DNA of 64,000 nt, taken from the NCBI GenBank assembly GCA_038496445.1, contig JALMLS010000228.1, forward strand, positions 372,001 through 436,000, in the 5' to 3' direction. The position numbers and the translations under genes are program-made. This stretch comes from Trichosphaerium sp. ATCC 40318 (lineage: Eukaryota; Protista; Tubulinea). Below are positions 52,474 through 64,000 of this stretch, piece after piece (position 1 is the stretch's first letter; each line of letters opens with the position of its first letter). The notes beneath the pieces are model-generated. The model was not told the origin of the DNA, made no database searches, and saw nothing but the letters and a program-made list of their open reading frames with translations.

Positions 52474-53720
52474 TTATAACTCGCGTTTGTCGTTTCCCCA
52501 AAGGAATCTAATCCCCTCTTTAGCAATCACTATAGCAACTTCCTGATCGTGTATGCCGTTAAGTTGAACTTCACCAGTTACCTTTGTTACAATAAGATTC
52601 GTAAACTCATTAACAATGCCTCTGTAGTTAGAGTCTTTGTGTGGTCCTTTCTCAGCTGCATCATAAATAATATCAGAAATCTCTTCCACATCACAATCAA
52701 GTTGTACAATATTAATCTTTGCATTCTTTATAACAGGGTGTTGTCTAAGCTCATGTTCGATCAGAAATTCAACCTTCTGATGTGCACCTTCTCTGGTTTT
52801 TGTAAAAAAAGGTACAACGAAATTAGTAAGCATATGTTGTTTTGGATCACGCCAGACCTTGTTTGCTTCTTCCTTAACCATAGAATGTATTTCAAGTTCA
52901 GTTTTATCACGTGTTACACCAGATTTCGCAAAATCTGATATGAATATATAAGTGGCCTTACTTAGTATAACAGTCTTTCCATTGTATTTTCTTTTCTTTG
53001 TGGAATCATCAAGGAATTGCTGAAAGATTAAGATAGCTCTCCAGTGCAAAAGCTGTTGAAGAAAAACGTCAGTAACAAACTCGAAGAAGTTTAACGATTC
53101 CAACTACTAGCGTAAAGCCAATTTTGTGGGTATTGTGATTGATTTAAAAGCGTACCTCAGCTTCATCGAGTACAATGAGAGATTCAGGACATTTTATAAG
53201 TTGTGCCATTATCTGTTCTTCTATGGTTTGTCGAACTACTAGTTCGGGTTTACCCACAAAGCTGTGTCCGTTCAACCAAAGCTGTCCTTCTAGAGAGTTT
53301 TCTGGTGTAGTGAATAAACTATCTGCAATTAACGTAGCTGCAAACGTCTTCCCAACACCGTTTTCGCCAACAAAATGCATAGACAGAGGTCGCTCTGGCG
53401 ATTTAGAGGTAAATGCTTGGTATATCGTCTGAATGGCTTTTGGTTGGGCAAAAAGATTGCTTTCGAGACGCTCCTTGACTGCATTTACGTCTAGAGCTTA
53501 GTTAGCCTCTGTACTTGTATTATGTTGTCGTACTATTCCTTGCGCATATTTCGTAACCCATAAGCTTATAAAATTTCTTGAGTATGCCTAGTGAACCTAG
53601 TACAGTTGTACTATTCCTTGCGTAGCCCATAAGCTTATAAAATTCCTTGAGTATATCTAGTGAACCTAGTACAGTTGTTACACATAACGCCAACACCAGT
53701 AATGTGAGAAATGCTTTCAT
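52474..53720 (-). CDS. Torsin-like ER-luminal AAA+ ATPase
   Basis: Signal peptide, LESNLFAQPKA (cf. torsin LFGQH), RPLSMHFVGENGVGKT, CPESLIVLDEAE, FLDD...SKATYIFISD, VVPFF, C-terminal KREL retention-like signal; 2 introns. Confidence 0.8.
53530..53676 (-). repeat. In-frame tandem duplication (78 nt + 69 nt) in torsin exon 1
   Basis: TTVLGSLDILKEFYKLMGYARNS / TTVLGSLGILKKFYKLMGYEICARN. Confidence 0.9.
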
Positions 53721-54077
53721 TTAGAGTAAGTTTGGAAATAAAACAGCGTTGACTGTACCGAAAACTTACCGAAACAACCAAAAAAAGTCACGTGATTTTT
53801 AAGTTGTATTATTAATTCCTCCTTTCTCGTCGTGTACAACTCGTTGTGCATTACTGAAACTGTAACATTGATAAATAGAACCCGTCTGATCGATTATCCC
53901 ACCACCGCTTGCTCCCGTCCTTTCTTGTTACAAGCAGCATTATTACAAATATCGGGAAAATGTATGTCACTCATTTTAATGATATTCTCAATGGGGTCTT
54001 GTATTAAACACCCTAGGCTGCTTGCATATACACCAAACATAGCACGTTATTTTGTATAATCTCATGAACCAGCGCAA

Positions 54078-54690
54078 TGGTTTGAGAAAAAAATCTATAA
54101 AAGTCAACTTAACGATTCGAACACAACACTAATACACTCCCTCTAAACAAACTACAACAAAAAAATAGTAAATAAAGGTCCCCTCCAAGCATACCAACTT
54201 GTAAACCAAATCAGATACCCTGACGCCTTTTGTACACTATGCAAAGAACATAATCTATCCTCACAGAAGATTTCACACATGCCAAAATAACGCAATAAAC
54301 ATTAACATCAAACTCCACACTAATCGCATCATACACTAACTACTTAACAAATCAGACGACACAAACCCATCAGAACAATATAACGCTCATGCTGGTGGTA
54401 ACAACCTCATCTGCAAAGACAAATGGCCACCCAAAAGAAAACACAAGCCGTCTAAAGACCTAATCGAGTTAGCAAAAATAGGCAACCCGACATCAAATAC
54501 AATCATAAAGACTATAACATAACACACTGGTACCTCACTAAGGACAATCAATCTAAGGTAAACTTCCGTGGATCACAAGTTACGTCACTTCGGAACTCCT
54601 GCAACAACTTACCACCAAACTCAAAATTAAAACGCAAAACACAACATCTAGCTATAAAACTAAATCACCTCTACATCACCTCCCTCTATA
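54078..54690 (+). mobile_element. Possible decayed non-LTR retrotransposon 3' remnant
   Basis: Intronless, strongly A/C-rich strand-biased stretch. The broken frame WFEKKIYK...FCTLCKEHNLSS/EDFTH resembles a LINE ORF2 CCHC end. No RT motifs are visible. Confidence 0.3.
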
Positions 54691-54882
54691 GTTAGATGTA
54701 ATTACGCTAATATGCTGGCCAGTCCACAATGGTGTTGCCTTGATCAATATCGCTTAACCAGTGTTTAATTGTATTCCAAAAAAGTAATTTTTTAAAACCG
54801 CACGTGATGTTTTGGACGCGTTTTAAACATGATGGAAATAGTAATTATATCAAAGGAAAGAAATATGTAACAGGAAGGAGAG

Positions 54883-56347
54883 ATGAGTACGAATAAAGAG
54901 TTTGTTTCTTTAAACTTTCTAAAAAGTCACTAGAGCGCGCGAAGAACTTACTCAAATTGATACCAGCGATGCTGGTAACAATATCCCCTCTGGTGTTGCT
55001 TTAGGTACCGGAATCGCCCCTCATTTACTCAATAATCGCGTAGGAAGGGAAGCTAAAGCGTAATTAGGGTATTTTCTTACAACCTTAGCTACAAATGGTC
55101 AAAACAAAACGCAAAGTGAAATCAATGATAATCTAAACAATCCTGTGGTCGTTGATCTTTCGAACATCTTTAGAGGCACGTGACAAATGAACCTTGTTAA
55201 CATAACAATAATTAGCTAATGTCTTATTTTTAAGAGGCGCCACTAGCTGAAACATGGAAAGAATCTTTGAACACGCGAAGAAATATAAGAGATGAAGTAC
55301 TAAAGCAACACATGGATTTGTTTGAAAAGTGGTTTAAGATTTACGCCAAATATGGCATCTATATTGGTCATTTTCCTAATTATACCCACTTAAGAGATCA
55401 CTTAGGTTTTTCTAAACTTCTAGCATCAATCACAGGGACAACAGGTTAGGGCATCACGTTCAATTTTATTTCTAAATAATTTTTCTCCAAGTACAGTTGA
55501 GAAACCAAAAAAAGTTTTAGTTCTCGAAGTTGAGAAGAAAGAGTATGTTGAAAGGGCTTTAGATAGATTAAAGTATTCTACAAGATATGATTTCGATTTT
55601 GGAATTAGTGAGTGGAGTAACAATAGCATGTCAAATGATGAACATCGATATATTTCAATAGAAAAACTTGTCATTATCAGAAACTTCTTTTTTGAACTTT
55701 TTGCTGTCCTAATATTAGACCCTTGCCTCGAATTAGTTCACAATCCAGATAGGAGTGTGGTATCATATTCAAAAGGACTCTTAAAATGGCTTAAAAGTTA
55801 CCTGGAACCGTACAAACAAATCATAAACTTGAAATTTTCAGACACTCTTGTGGAGACATTAAGTAACTTAGACATTGCTTCAGCACTATCACACGCATCA
55901 ACGAATAGATCATTCGACTTAGAGAGATTATTACTTACTGGAGGTAACCAAGATAAAGAAAAAGTAGTTATTCAATACCTTGGTATTTTCCCTCCAGAAG
56001 CAACAGAAATGACGCTCGTCATAGCAGTCGGGGTACTTCTAGCAGAGTCAAATAAACCATCTATTATCCGCAGAATCAAAGGTATACCTTTGAATCAACG
56101 TAGAAATCAAAGAAGAAGATCGAAGGCGAAGACAAAACAGGCAACAGCAAGCTCACCAAAACCAGGTTCACTGCAGCGAAGCTCGAGTATGATTTCTACT
56201 TATAGGTCCCGTTCTTCACCTAAAAAACCTCAAACGAAGGAAGAGAAGAACGAAAAGCGTATATCATTACTGGAGACTGAGGTTGCTGAATTACGAAAAA
56301 AAATTGTATCATTAGAAGCTGTCATAGAGAAACTAGTAAAGAAATAA
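54883..56347 (+). CDS. Hypothetical protein with basic region and C-terminal coiled coil
   Basis: Five exons splice in frame (MSTNKE|ARE..., GC donor at 55176). Ends with an R/K/S-rich tract and RISLLETEVAELRKKIVSLEAVIEKLV heptads. Confidence 0.6.
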
Positions 56348-57100
56348 GTACAAATTTTTCGGTTTACATGCAGTTTTATTGGCTGGAACATAGCAACCAG
56401 CGAAGCTGTCACGAACGTGTACATAGTGCAAAAGGTTACATTACTTATAAAAGGTACATTACTTGTAAACCTACTAGATAAAATTACCATGTCTACATGA
56501 GTAACGTCCTAAGTTATGTCAGTTGAAACTCCCGCGTTTTCTTGTTAGCTTGATTGATTGACTTTTAACAAAATGAAGCCGGCCGAGAGCGCTTTAATAA
56601 TGTATGCTCTGTAAGCACGAGATCAAGTTTAGACGGTCCTGACAAAAGGCATTATCTTTGAAGTACCACAACAATTTATCTTCATATTCGCCTTTTGTAA
56701 TTTCTTGTACACCGTAATAAACATGCTCAAACACATTAACTACTTATCCTACAACTGTATATAAAGCCTACAAACCTCTAAATCGCCTTGCAATTGGTAT
56801 TCAGCACTCAAATCGCCAAGGATTTTGTTTCAATCAATCAGCACATTTTTTATTTTTTGGTACTCTTTTGTTCTTATTTTCACAGCTTGTTTTTAATTGT
56901 TCTTGTTAAATATTAACTTTTTATTAAGGCTTTGGGTTTTTTTGAATACTTGAACGAACAATCAGAGAATCACAACCGACAGGAAGGATTTTGCCCATCA
57001 AAAACCCCAAACAGCCGTTCCCTCATATAGAAGCACATATTGGCTAAGAGGCCTTTGTTTCGTGGCCTGAAGCGCTTGGCCGCTACACTGACCATTCTAC

Positions 57101-59924
57101 ATGAGTGGTATGTAACTTTGGAACGTTTTTTGTTATATCTGTGTTTAAGCGCTTATTATAAACGTAGTAAACAAAAAATCGGCATTCTTTAAGAGGTTTG
57201 TACAGTTGTTAACCGAGCTCGCCAAAGAAGATGAGCCAAGCGTACGACTGCTTGGTAAGTGCATGGGCTACCCTAGAGGGGCTATAAAAACTATTATAAA
57301 AAAAATCGCAGGTCACAAGGAAACAAGTACGCTTTTAACCTACTTTTACGCCCAATTACAGTTTTTTACGCCGTTTTAACAACCGTTCAAGTCTCGTTAA
57401 AATTATCTGTTTTTATGAATTTTTTTTGAACACTTGAATCTTCGCACTTTTTCTCATCATTTCATAGCAACTCTTCTTGCAACATCTGTTAGTAAGTTGC
57501 GGAAGGTGGCAAAAGAAAGCGGGTATTATCAAAGTGCTCCAAACAAAGCAGGGTGGATTTGGGAGATACTAACAAGGAAGTTTCCACGTACGTATTTTCA
57601 AGCACGTTTAAATAATTTCATTGTCGCCTATCACGTGATTATATTGTCACCAAATACATTGCAAACTTACTGATATTTACAGTCATCCCAACAGACAAAC
57701 AGAAATCCGCACAGGATTCCACGACTCAGAGCCAGCGTACAGCAGAGGCAGTAAGGCTTAAGCGTGGTCATAGCGATCTGGAAGGTCCTGGGGCTGTGGC
57801 AATTAATGATCCAAATGCTGCTGAAATATGTGGGTATTCCAGGGATACATTGAAGGCTATGATTGCAGAACAAATGGAATCTGCGAAAAAGAATGAACGA
57901 GAAATTATTAAAAAGGAGCTTAAAAAGGAGTTAAAAGAGGAAGTAGCGCAAATGATAGTTGTAGAGATGAATAACAATTATCTATTGACAAGATATACCG
58001 TCCGTTGGGGTGATTTTTCATCAATAGCAATAATAGGTACATTAGAAAACGGTTTACATTGCTTTTTGTGTTTTATCAATTGACATTGAATAGCGTATTC
58101 TGTGTGCTTGAAACAAGCAGGTAAAAACAAAAACGCTAATGTTGTCAAAGACAAAGCACCTTGGCTTGAAGAAATGGGAGCCGAGGGCAAAATTGTATTT
58201 GTTGACAAATCATGTGATGCCCTCAATTATGATTTGGTCAATTTAAAATTAAAAGAGGCAGCAGAGGAAGAAGGTATTGAGTTCAAACGAGATACCAAAG
58301 AAAAAATTCTGAACAGGCATCTCTACAAACAAATAGTAGACTTCCAGATGCCTCATTTAAGGTGTATCGATTCTCATGATAAACTCTCATTCGGTGGGTA
58401 TGGTATCCCGAGAAAGCACCGCCCAGACTTGATATTTACAGCTAATCTGGAAGATATAAGTGCAGTGAATCCAGATAAACTGCAAATTGTTGCTACATGG
58501 GAGGTAAAGGCCGAGAAATTGACAGATTCTCACAAAGGTCAGCTGATGTACGTGGCAATTTAAGAAAACAAAGCTTGCCCAAATATCCATTGTACAATTA
58601 ACTTGTTTTCAGGTGCTCTCTTGCTGCACTGATGGCTCTACAAAGTCCCCGAGAATGGATGATGGGTATATTGTCAAATACAGAGAAGGTCATGTTCATT
58701 CGGCTGATATGGCATGGACAAGATTGCCGCTATCACTACTCTTATGAGTTGACTAAAGAGTACTCTATAAGCAGCCCAAATGATACAGGTTCAAAGCTGT
58801 TGAGTGCATTTTTAAGCAAAACACCAAAGGATCTTGGATGGTACTTCCCTACATTCTTCGTCAATAATATCCAATGTACCCCAAGACGTCAGTTGGGAAC
58901 TGGTAGAACTGCTTCTGTATATCGTGTATTAGTTAACAACACAAATATGGCTGTGAAAGTGTTTAACCATAACTACATGCCCTATGCAGCTATCGAGAAA
59001 AAAAACTTAACACGCTTCTCTGACCAAGATATACCTGGCATGCCTAAGTTTGTACGTTTTACCAATATTGTTGTGTTAGTGTACTTATTCCAAGTAGATA
59101 ACTGATGGTGAAACTGATCAAGGGTTGCCTTACATTGTAACTACTCCTGTTTGCGATCGCATAAGATCAAGTGGTGAATGTCCAGACTTAGGAGTAATCG
59201 TTAAACTGCTTAAGACAATTCATAACAAAGGAATAGTACACAGGTAAGTAATCTTTTTTTGAAATCAATCTAATTGTTTTCTTGTTTTAGAGATATTAGT
59301 GACAGTAACATAATGCGTATAGATTCAATGCCGTACCTCATTGATTGGGGTACTGCTGCAGATTCTAACGTGGTACTACCATACTCTGGTACTCAAATGT
59401 TTGCTAGCAGGGATGTGCTACTTTGTCATGCTGATAACAAACCTGTTACGTATGAACCAAAACATGACTTGATATCTTTGGTTCATGTGTTTATCCGATT
59501 CCACATCCGAGACAAGGATCTTTTTACACTTCGGCAATTCTATAGTGCTATAGTATGGAAAAAGCCCGAAGAAAATGATGAGAAAGAGGGGAATGAAAGC
59601 AGAGATGTAGAAGATGATGAAAATAAGATTCAGAGTGTAGGACCAGGCAACGATAAAAAACTGACTGAAGAAAGTGAGATTCAGAGCACGGGACGAACCA
59701 ATGATAAAAAAATACCTTGGAAGCCATGTTTAGAGCAAACGGCATTTCAGAACTTTCTTAAAGGTTGGACCATGTTTGAAAAAGATCCAGAGTTTAAACC
59801 AGCCATCACGTGTGCGCTCAACCTTGACTATATTGGTCTTGAGAAGTTTTTCAACCGGAAAATACACCGCTACAATTGGGATTCCATGGAGATTGATACT
59901 GACTTAGATGTACCCAAGTGCTAG
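57101..59924 (+). CDS. Crinkler(CR)-type effector: PD-(D/E)xK restriction-endonuclease-like domain + FunK1-like protein kinase
   Basis: Nuclease: HRPDLIF...ATWEVK...HKGQL...REWMMGILSN. Kinase: LGTGRTASVY, MAVKVF, GIVHRDISDSNIM, LIDWG, YSGTQMFASRDVL, HDLISL. Helical header and coiled coil at the N-terminus. The start is tentative. Confidence 0.8.
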
Positions 59925-60289
59925 TTTCTTGTATCACAAACTGCTGTATTAACCTGAATAAATCTTTGTCAGATAAATCTACCGTACTTATCAGTTTGAA
60001 AACAACGCTGCAGTTTGATAGTATGTACTTCGAAGTAACTTAGGTGATAGTCGTTCACTAAACAATTAAAAGCAGTCGTATTCTTCGGTTAAAGGATGTA
60101 CACAGCATTATCTGTAGTACTTTTTTTTCTGCTCGAAACAAGTTGGCTTATAACTACTTTTGGACTACACACGTGTTCAAAAATCCAGAAGTTGTTGGTA
60201 AATAAAATTATGTTTTCTTTCAAATACAGGCTCAACTTCTTCAGTTGGTGTTATAACAAAGTGACTTTATTTAAGACATCATAAACTTT

Positions 60290-62327
60290 TTAAGGTGATT
60301 TATCTTCCTTCAAGTTTTTATTATAATGCCACAGCCCATATGCCTGGCACACATCTGTAGCCCTTTAAAATGTCAAAAACTCGCGTACAGAAGTCAAAAA
60401 AAGGTTCTTACTCTAGTTTTTTGCCATAGAATTGTGTAAAGTCTTTTAGTTTAGCGCCTGTCAGACATTCTTTGATATATCTTTGGACAGTCTTACTATT
60501 TGTTCCAGTTAGGTACACAATCTGATGAGGTGCTATGCCAGCATTGTACATCCCAAGGACAGTATTGACTTTGCCTACGAAAAAAAAAAAAGCATAAGAA
60601 TAAAGATTAAGTGAATAAATGTCAATACCTTTTTTAATTTCTTTTGGGAAAGTCAAATAACGATAATTACGAGAGATATAATTTTCTTGACCCTTTCTAT
60701 GCTTTTTCAAAGCTAAGCCAACGCTGTAGAATATTTTATAAGCATGTAGCATCATGAAAACAAAAAAACAAAAAAAACCAGAAAATCCTTTTTTGCCAAA
60801 GCACGTGGTAGCGTAATCTTTCGTCATTCATTGTACAGATAAATTAATTACGTACCGCATACTGGTGTATATCTTTCGAAAGTTAACATCAGTACACTCA
60901 CCAAGGTAAAGCTTCGATTTTTCAAATACATCCATATCAAACCCTCGTAGAAACTCTGGTATTGAGCTTACACTTGTGCGACGTAAAATCTCATCAACTG
61001 ATAAGCAACAACCATTAGTTATAGCACTAGTGTCTAATCTTTGTATTGTTCTAGAACGAGATTAGGCTATTAATAACGCAACAAAGGAAAACGAGTCGAA
61101 AACATGTCAGCGCTGAAATTGCAAACCGTACCGAATAAGGATGCCTCCAAAACCTTCCTAAGACGATCAAAACATTACTTATTATCTTTAATGTATTCTA
61201 CGTACACCTGGTTCACCAAACGTAATGTCAAGACCCTTGTAATTGCCTGTGAAACGTCAAAAAATAAAAAGAATAAATACAGAAATAAAAACAAAGTGAC
61301 AAAATTGTCACGTGCCTGAGCGTAGCTGGCCGTTCGTCTTATGAAAATACCATTTACAACATTGTTGTTGATCCTTATCTGAGTGTGTTGTCCAATCTGG
61401 GTGAGAACCGCCATTGTAATAAAACTCTATTTCACAAATTCTGTACGGCGCATTGTTTACGTATAGCGCCTTTTGCGATCATTAGTATATCATTTGGATA
61501 GTTTATAACGTATTGTACGTAATTATTGAGGATTTGGTTGGCTATCTTGTCAAATACTAGCGAACGTAAGTATTTACCAATAGACGCGCGTACGTGGAGC
61601 AAAATCAGTGTCATTAGAGTAATCTGACGGCGAGAATGTTAACAGCTCTTTCAAATCGAGTCTAGCTCCTCGTTATTATAGTTGGTAGAAGTAAAGAATC
61701 AGTACGTTGGTTGTTTAACCGCCAATTTACGTTTCTTTTTAGCTGGCCCTGTATTAGCACTATCAGGTTGTTTACGCTTTGGAGACTTGAAAAACTTATC
61801 TAGCGTGAGCATACTAGGAATATTTTTTAATGTGAATAGAATTTGGCCAGCAAATTCTTCCAATATAAACAATTCAACAAACTGCTCTTGTGGAATGTTC
61901 AACGAAGTGTCATCTATTATGCCTTTGGCTCAGCCTTTTACTCCTTAAACTACCTACAGAAAAAGTACTTGTTCATACTTTTCAAGGCTTGAACGAGATT
62001 CCTTGTGCCTTGCTATTTAGTCATTGAGTGCACTTAACTTGTAACGACATCGGTGTACGTACCTCTTCAAAGATGGAGTTTGCGCGAGAAATGACAGCAG
62101 CCTCTTCACTTCCAGCGTTGGGTGCTAAATTCAGGGTCAGTGTTGCGCCTGTTGACACAAGTTGTGCACCAGGGGCACTACCAACTCCACCTGGGTTTAA
62201 ACACGATGGTACATGCGTAGTGACGAAGCTTGTAAACGGTACAGCGCAAAAGCGGCAATTGAGTTCGTTTCTTGAAAGCTCATAAACAAGCACTACCAAC
62301 ACGTTTGTTTACGCACGTAGTTGTCAT
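60290..62327 (-). CDS. Hypothetical nuclear protein: N-terminal C2HC zinc finger, NLS, C-terminal HTH-like region
   Basis: MTTT|NELNCRFCAVPFTSFVTTHVPSCL (CxxC...H...C), PKRK...PAKKKRK, and VLGMYNAGIAPHQIVYLTGTNSKTVQRYI (HTH-like). Multi-exon; middle exons approximate. Confidence 0.55.
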
Positions 62328-62407
62328 TACGAACCCCAACTGTCGCTAGTTTAAAAAATTTTCAAAAGTATGCTCTACAAAAACATAATGCTCACAAATC
62401 TCTCTTA

Positions 62408-64000
62408 ATGCAGGTGCACGCGTTCGCGAATACAATTTTATTAAATTAAAGATAGAGGGGAAGAACGCTTCAGTGCTCATTAGTACGCTTTCTGTACTAC
62501 CCATTATATCTGACAAACAACCCAGGCGAACATGAGTGGTCGACGTCGTATCGTGACAAGTGTCAAAATCTTCCGTTGATACCAAAAGTTCGCGCTCTTT
62601 TTTCTTCCTTTCGTGTTTTTTTTAAAGTTCTTCTAACGTTTTTAAAAAGGTGACTTCGTCTCGGCCAGTTGAACATAGTTCAAGATATGTAAAGTACCTA
62701 TCAGGTTACTTTGGACCAACAGATTGGTTGTCACCTTGTAGTCAAGGAAAAGCAGGACTTAAGAGTACGTTGATCTCCTTTAAAGTGACAAGCTATTTAC
62801 TAATTTTGACCCAAAGGCGTTATCGAATCTCAGACAGTTCCTGAGATTCCTGAGCTTAATGAACATATGGAAATGTATAATGCAATATCCGAGTACGAAT
62901 AGAGTATGAATGCATAGACAAGTTGATCACGTGCATAGACATTTCAAAAACAAAAAAGCAAATGGCTTTGAACTTAAAGGTACGCGTATACTAGCGTCTT
63001 TTATTGTACAAGTCAAACTAATAATATAATAGCTTATATTGGTAATATGCGCATATGTTATCACATAGACGGTGGATGTAATTCGCAAGTTGAGGAGCAA
63101 TCAGCTATTGGTGTACGTAGATTTTGATTTCTAATATGTTTCAGTAACAGTGAGTGTAAGGCATTCCACTTCACACCAGTACCAAAAGCAAGGAAAGAAG
63201 TGAGTATTAAAAGTACGCAAAGTCTTAATGATGAGCGTAGTGACTAACATAAAAAGCTGATAAGGGAGTGCTCACATTCGTGACTAAATCTGGTGCTTGG
63301 ATGCTTGTTGGTCCAGATGCACAAATAATCGTAGGCGGTTTTTGATTTGGTTTTTTGTCTCCTTCCACGTGTACTTACGCAGAAAATAGTATCATTCTAT
63401 TAAAATATTAGGAGTATCTCTTGAGAACTCTAAGCATATATCTCATTATACAATGGTCTTTAGAACACAATCTAAACTTGGAAAGGTAAAGTAGCTAATT
63501 CCTCATTGTGGAATCTATTCTGACTTCTCTTTAGTATCTTATGCATTCAAGTGCTTGTCAACGTTCCCGAGAAGAAAAAAAGCTACTTAATGAATTCCGT
63601 AATGGCTCTACAAAAGATCGCACATATGAAGAACTTAAAACAAGAAGGCAAAATGGTACTCTTTTTTGACAGTGTACCATTTTTTTAAACAACATATTCT
63701 AGGACCACAACTTTACTACGATCCCAACGTTTTATTGCATAGGCTCAATAAACATATGATTATATCTGGGCCTATGTCGAGTACGCGAAGAGTAGAATTT
63801 AAGGAAGGTCAGAGATTTGTAAACGATAGAAATGCGCTTGTTGCAATGGGATTTCTTGTGAACCATATGTGTACGTCACAATGTTGCTATACACTGTTTA
63901 TTACTACTCAATAGTAGCTTTTTATTGTGTGAATATTCTTGAGCTAATAGTTAATTCCTACAGCAATGTTTCATGGACCTTCAAGTTCGTACGTTTTTCT
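62408..64000 (+). CDS. Putative AlkB-like 2OG-Fe(II) dioxygenase (runs off the window)
   Basis: Spliced exons give AYIGNMRICYHIDGG (HxD at 63062-63070), SAIGAFHF, GVLTF, GAWMLVGPDAQIIYHSIK (distal His at 63393), HYTMVFR. The start is tentative. Confidence 0.5.

Noticed and set aside
1-64000. Alternative genetic code as the cause of ORF fragmentation
   Set aside because: Fragmentation is explained by short introns, and TAA, TAG and TGA all end conserved genes (cyclin C TAA, ubiquitin-like TAG, MAD2 TGA).

Overview
AT-rich (about 35% GC by eye), gene-dense nuclear DNA from a microbial eukaryote, probably a protist; the lineage cannot be fixed from this window. It uses the standard genetic code and has very many short (about 40-100 nt) spliceosomal introns, so the six-frame ORF track shows only exon fragments. 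I built the gene models by hand-splicing, and their ends are approximate where stated. Housekeeping or recognisable genes: S53 sedolisin/TPP1-like peptidase, cyclin C, MAD2, S10 serine carboxypeptidase, SLC26/SulP transporter, PC4/SUB1, NHP2, a ferlin, a divergent actin-like protein, a Zn-finger+VWA protein and a torsin-like ER AAA+ ATPase. Accessory-type content: a NACHT/TANC-like STAND NTPase, an F-box-like/MORN-variant gene plus a decayed copy, an aegerolysin/Cry34-like small protein, and a 76-aa ubiquitin paralogue ending LRLRSG that sits head-to-head with an F-box/degenerate-SNF2 fusion. There are also bacterial-looking secreted proteins (zincin-mucin-VWD-like and FG-GAP) and a ~190-bp-arm inverted repeat. 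The right end (54.9-64 kb) holds a cluster with a Crinkler-type PD-(D/E)xK nuclease-kinase fusion, a Zn-finger/HTH protein and a putative AlkB-like 2OG-Fe(II) dioxygenase. Splice donors are dominated by GTAC(G), with several GC-AG introns, and CACGTG is strongly over-represented. I found no rRNA, tRNA or CRISPR.
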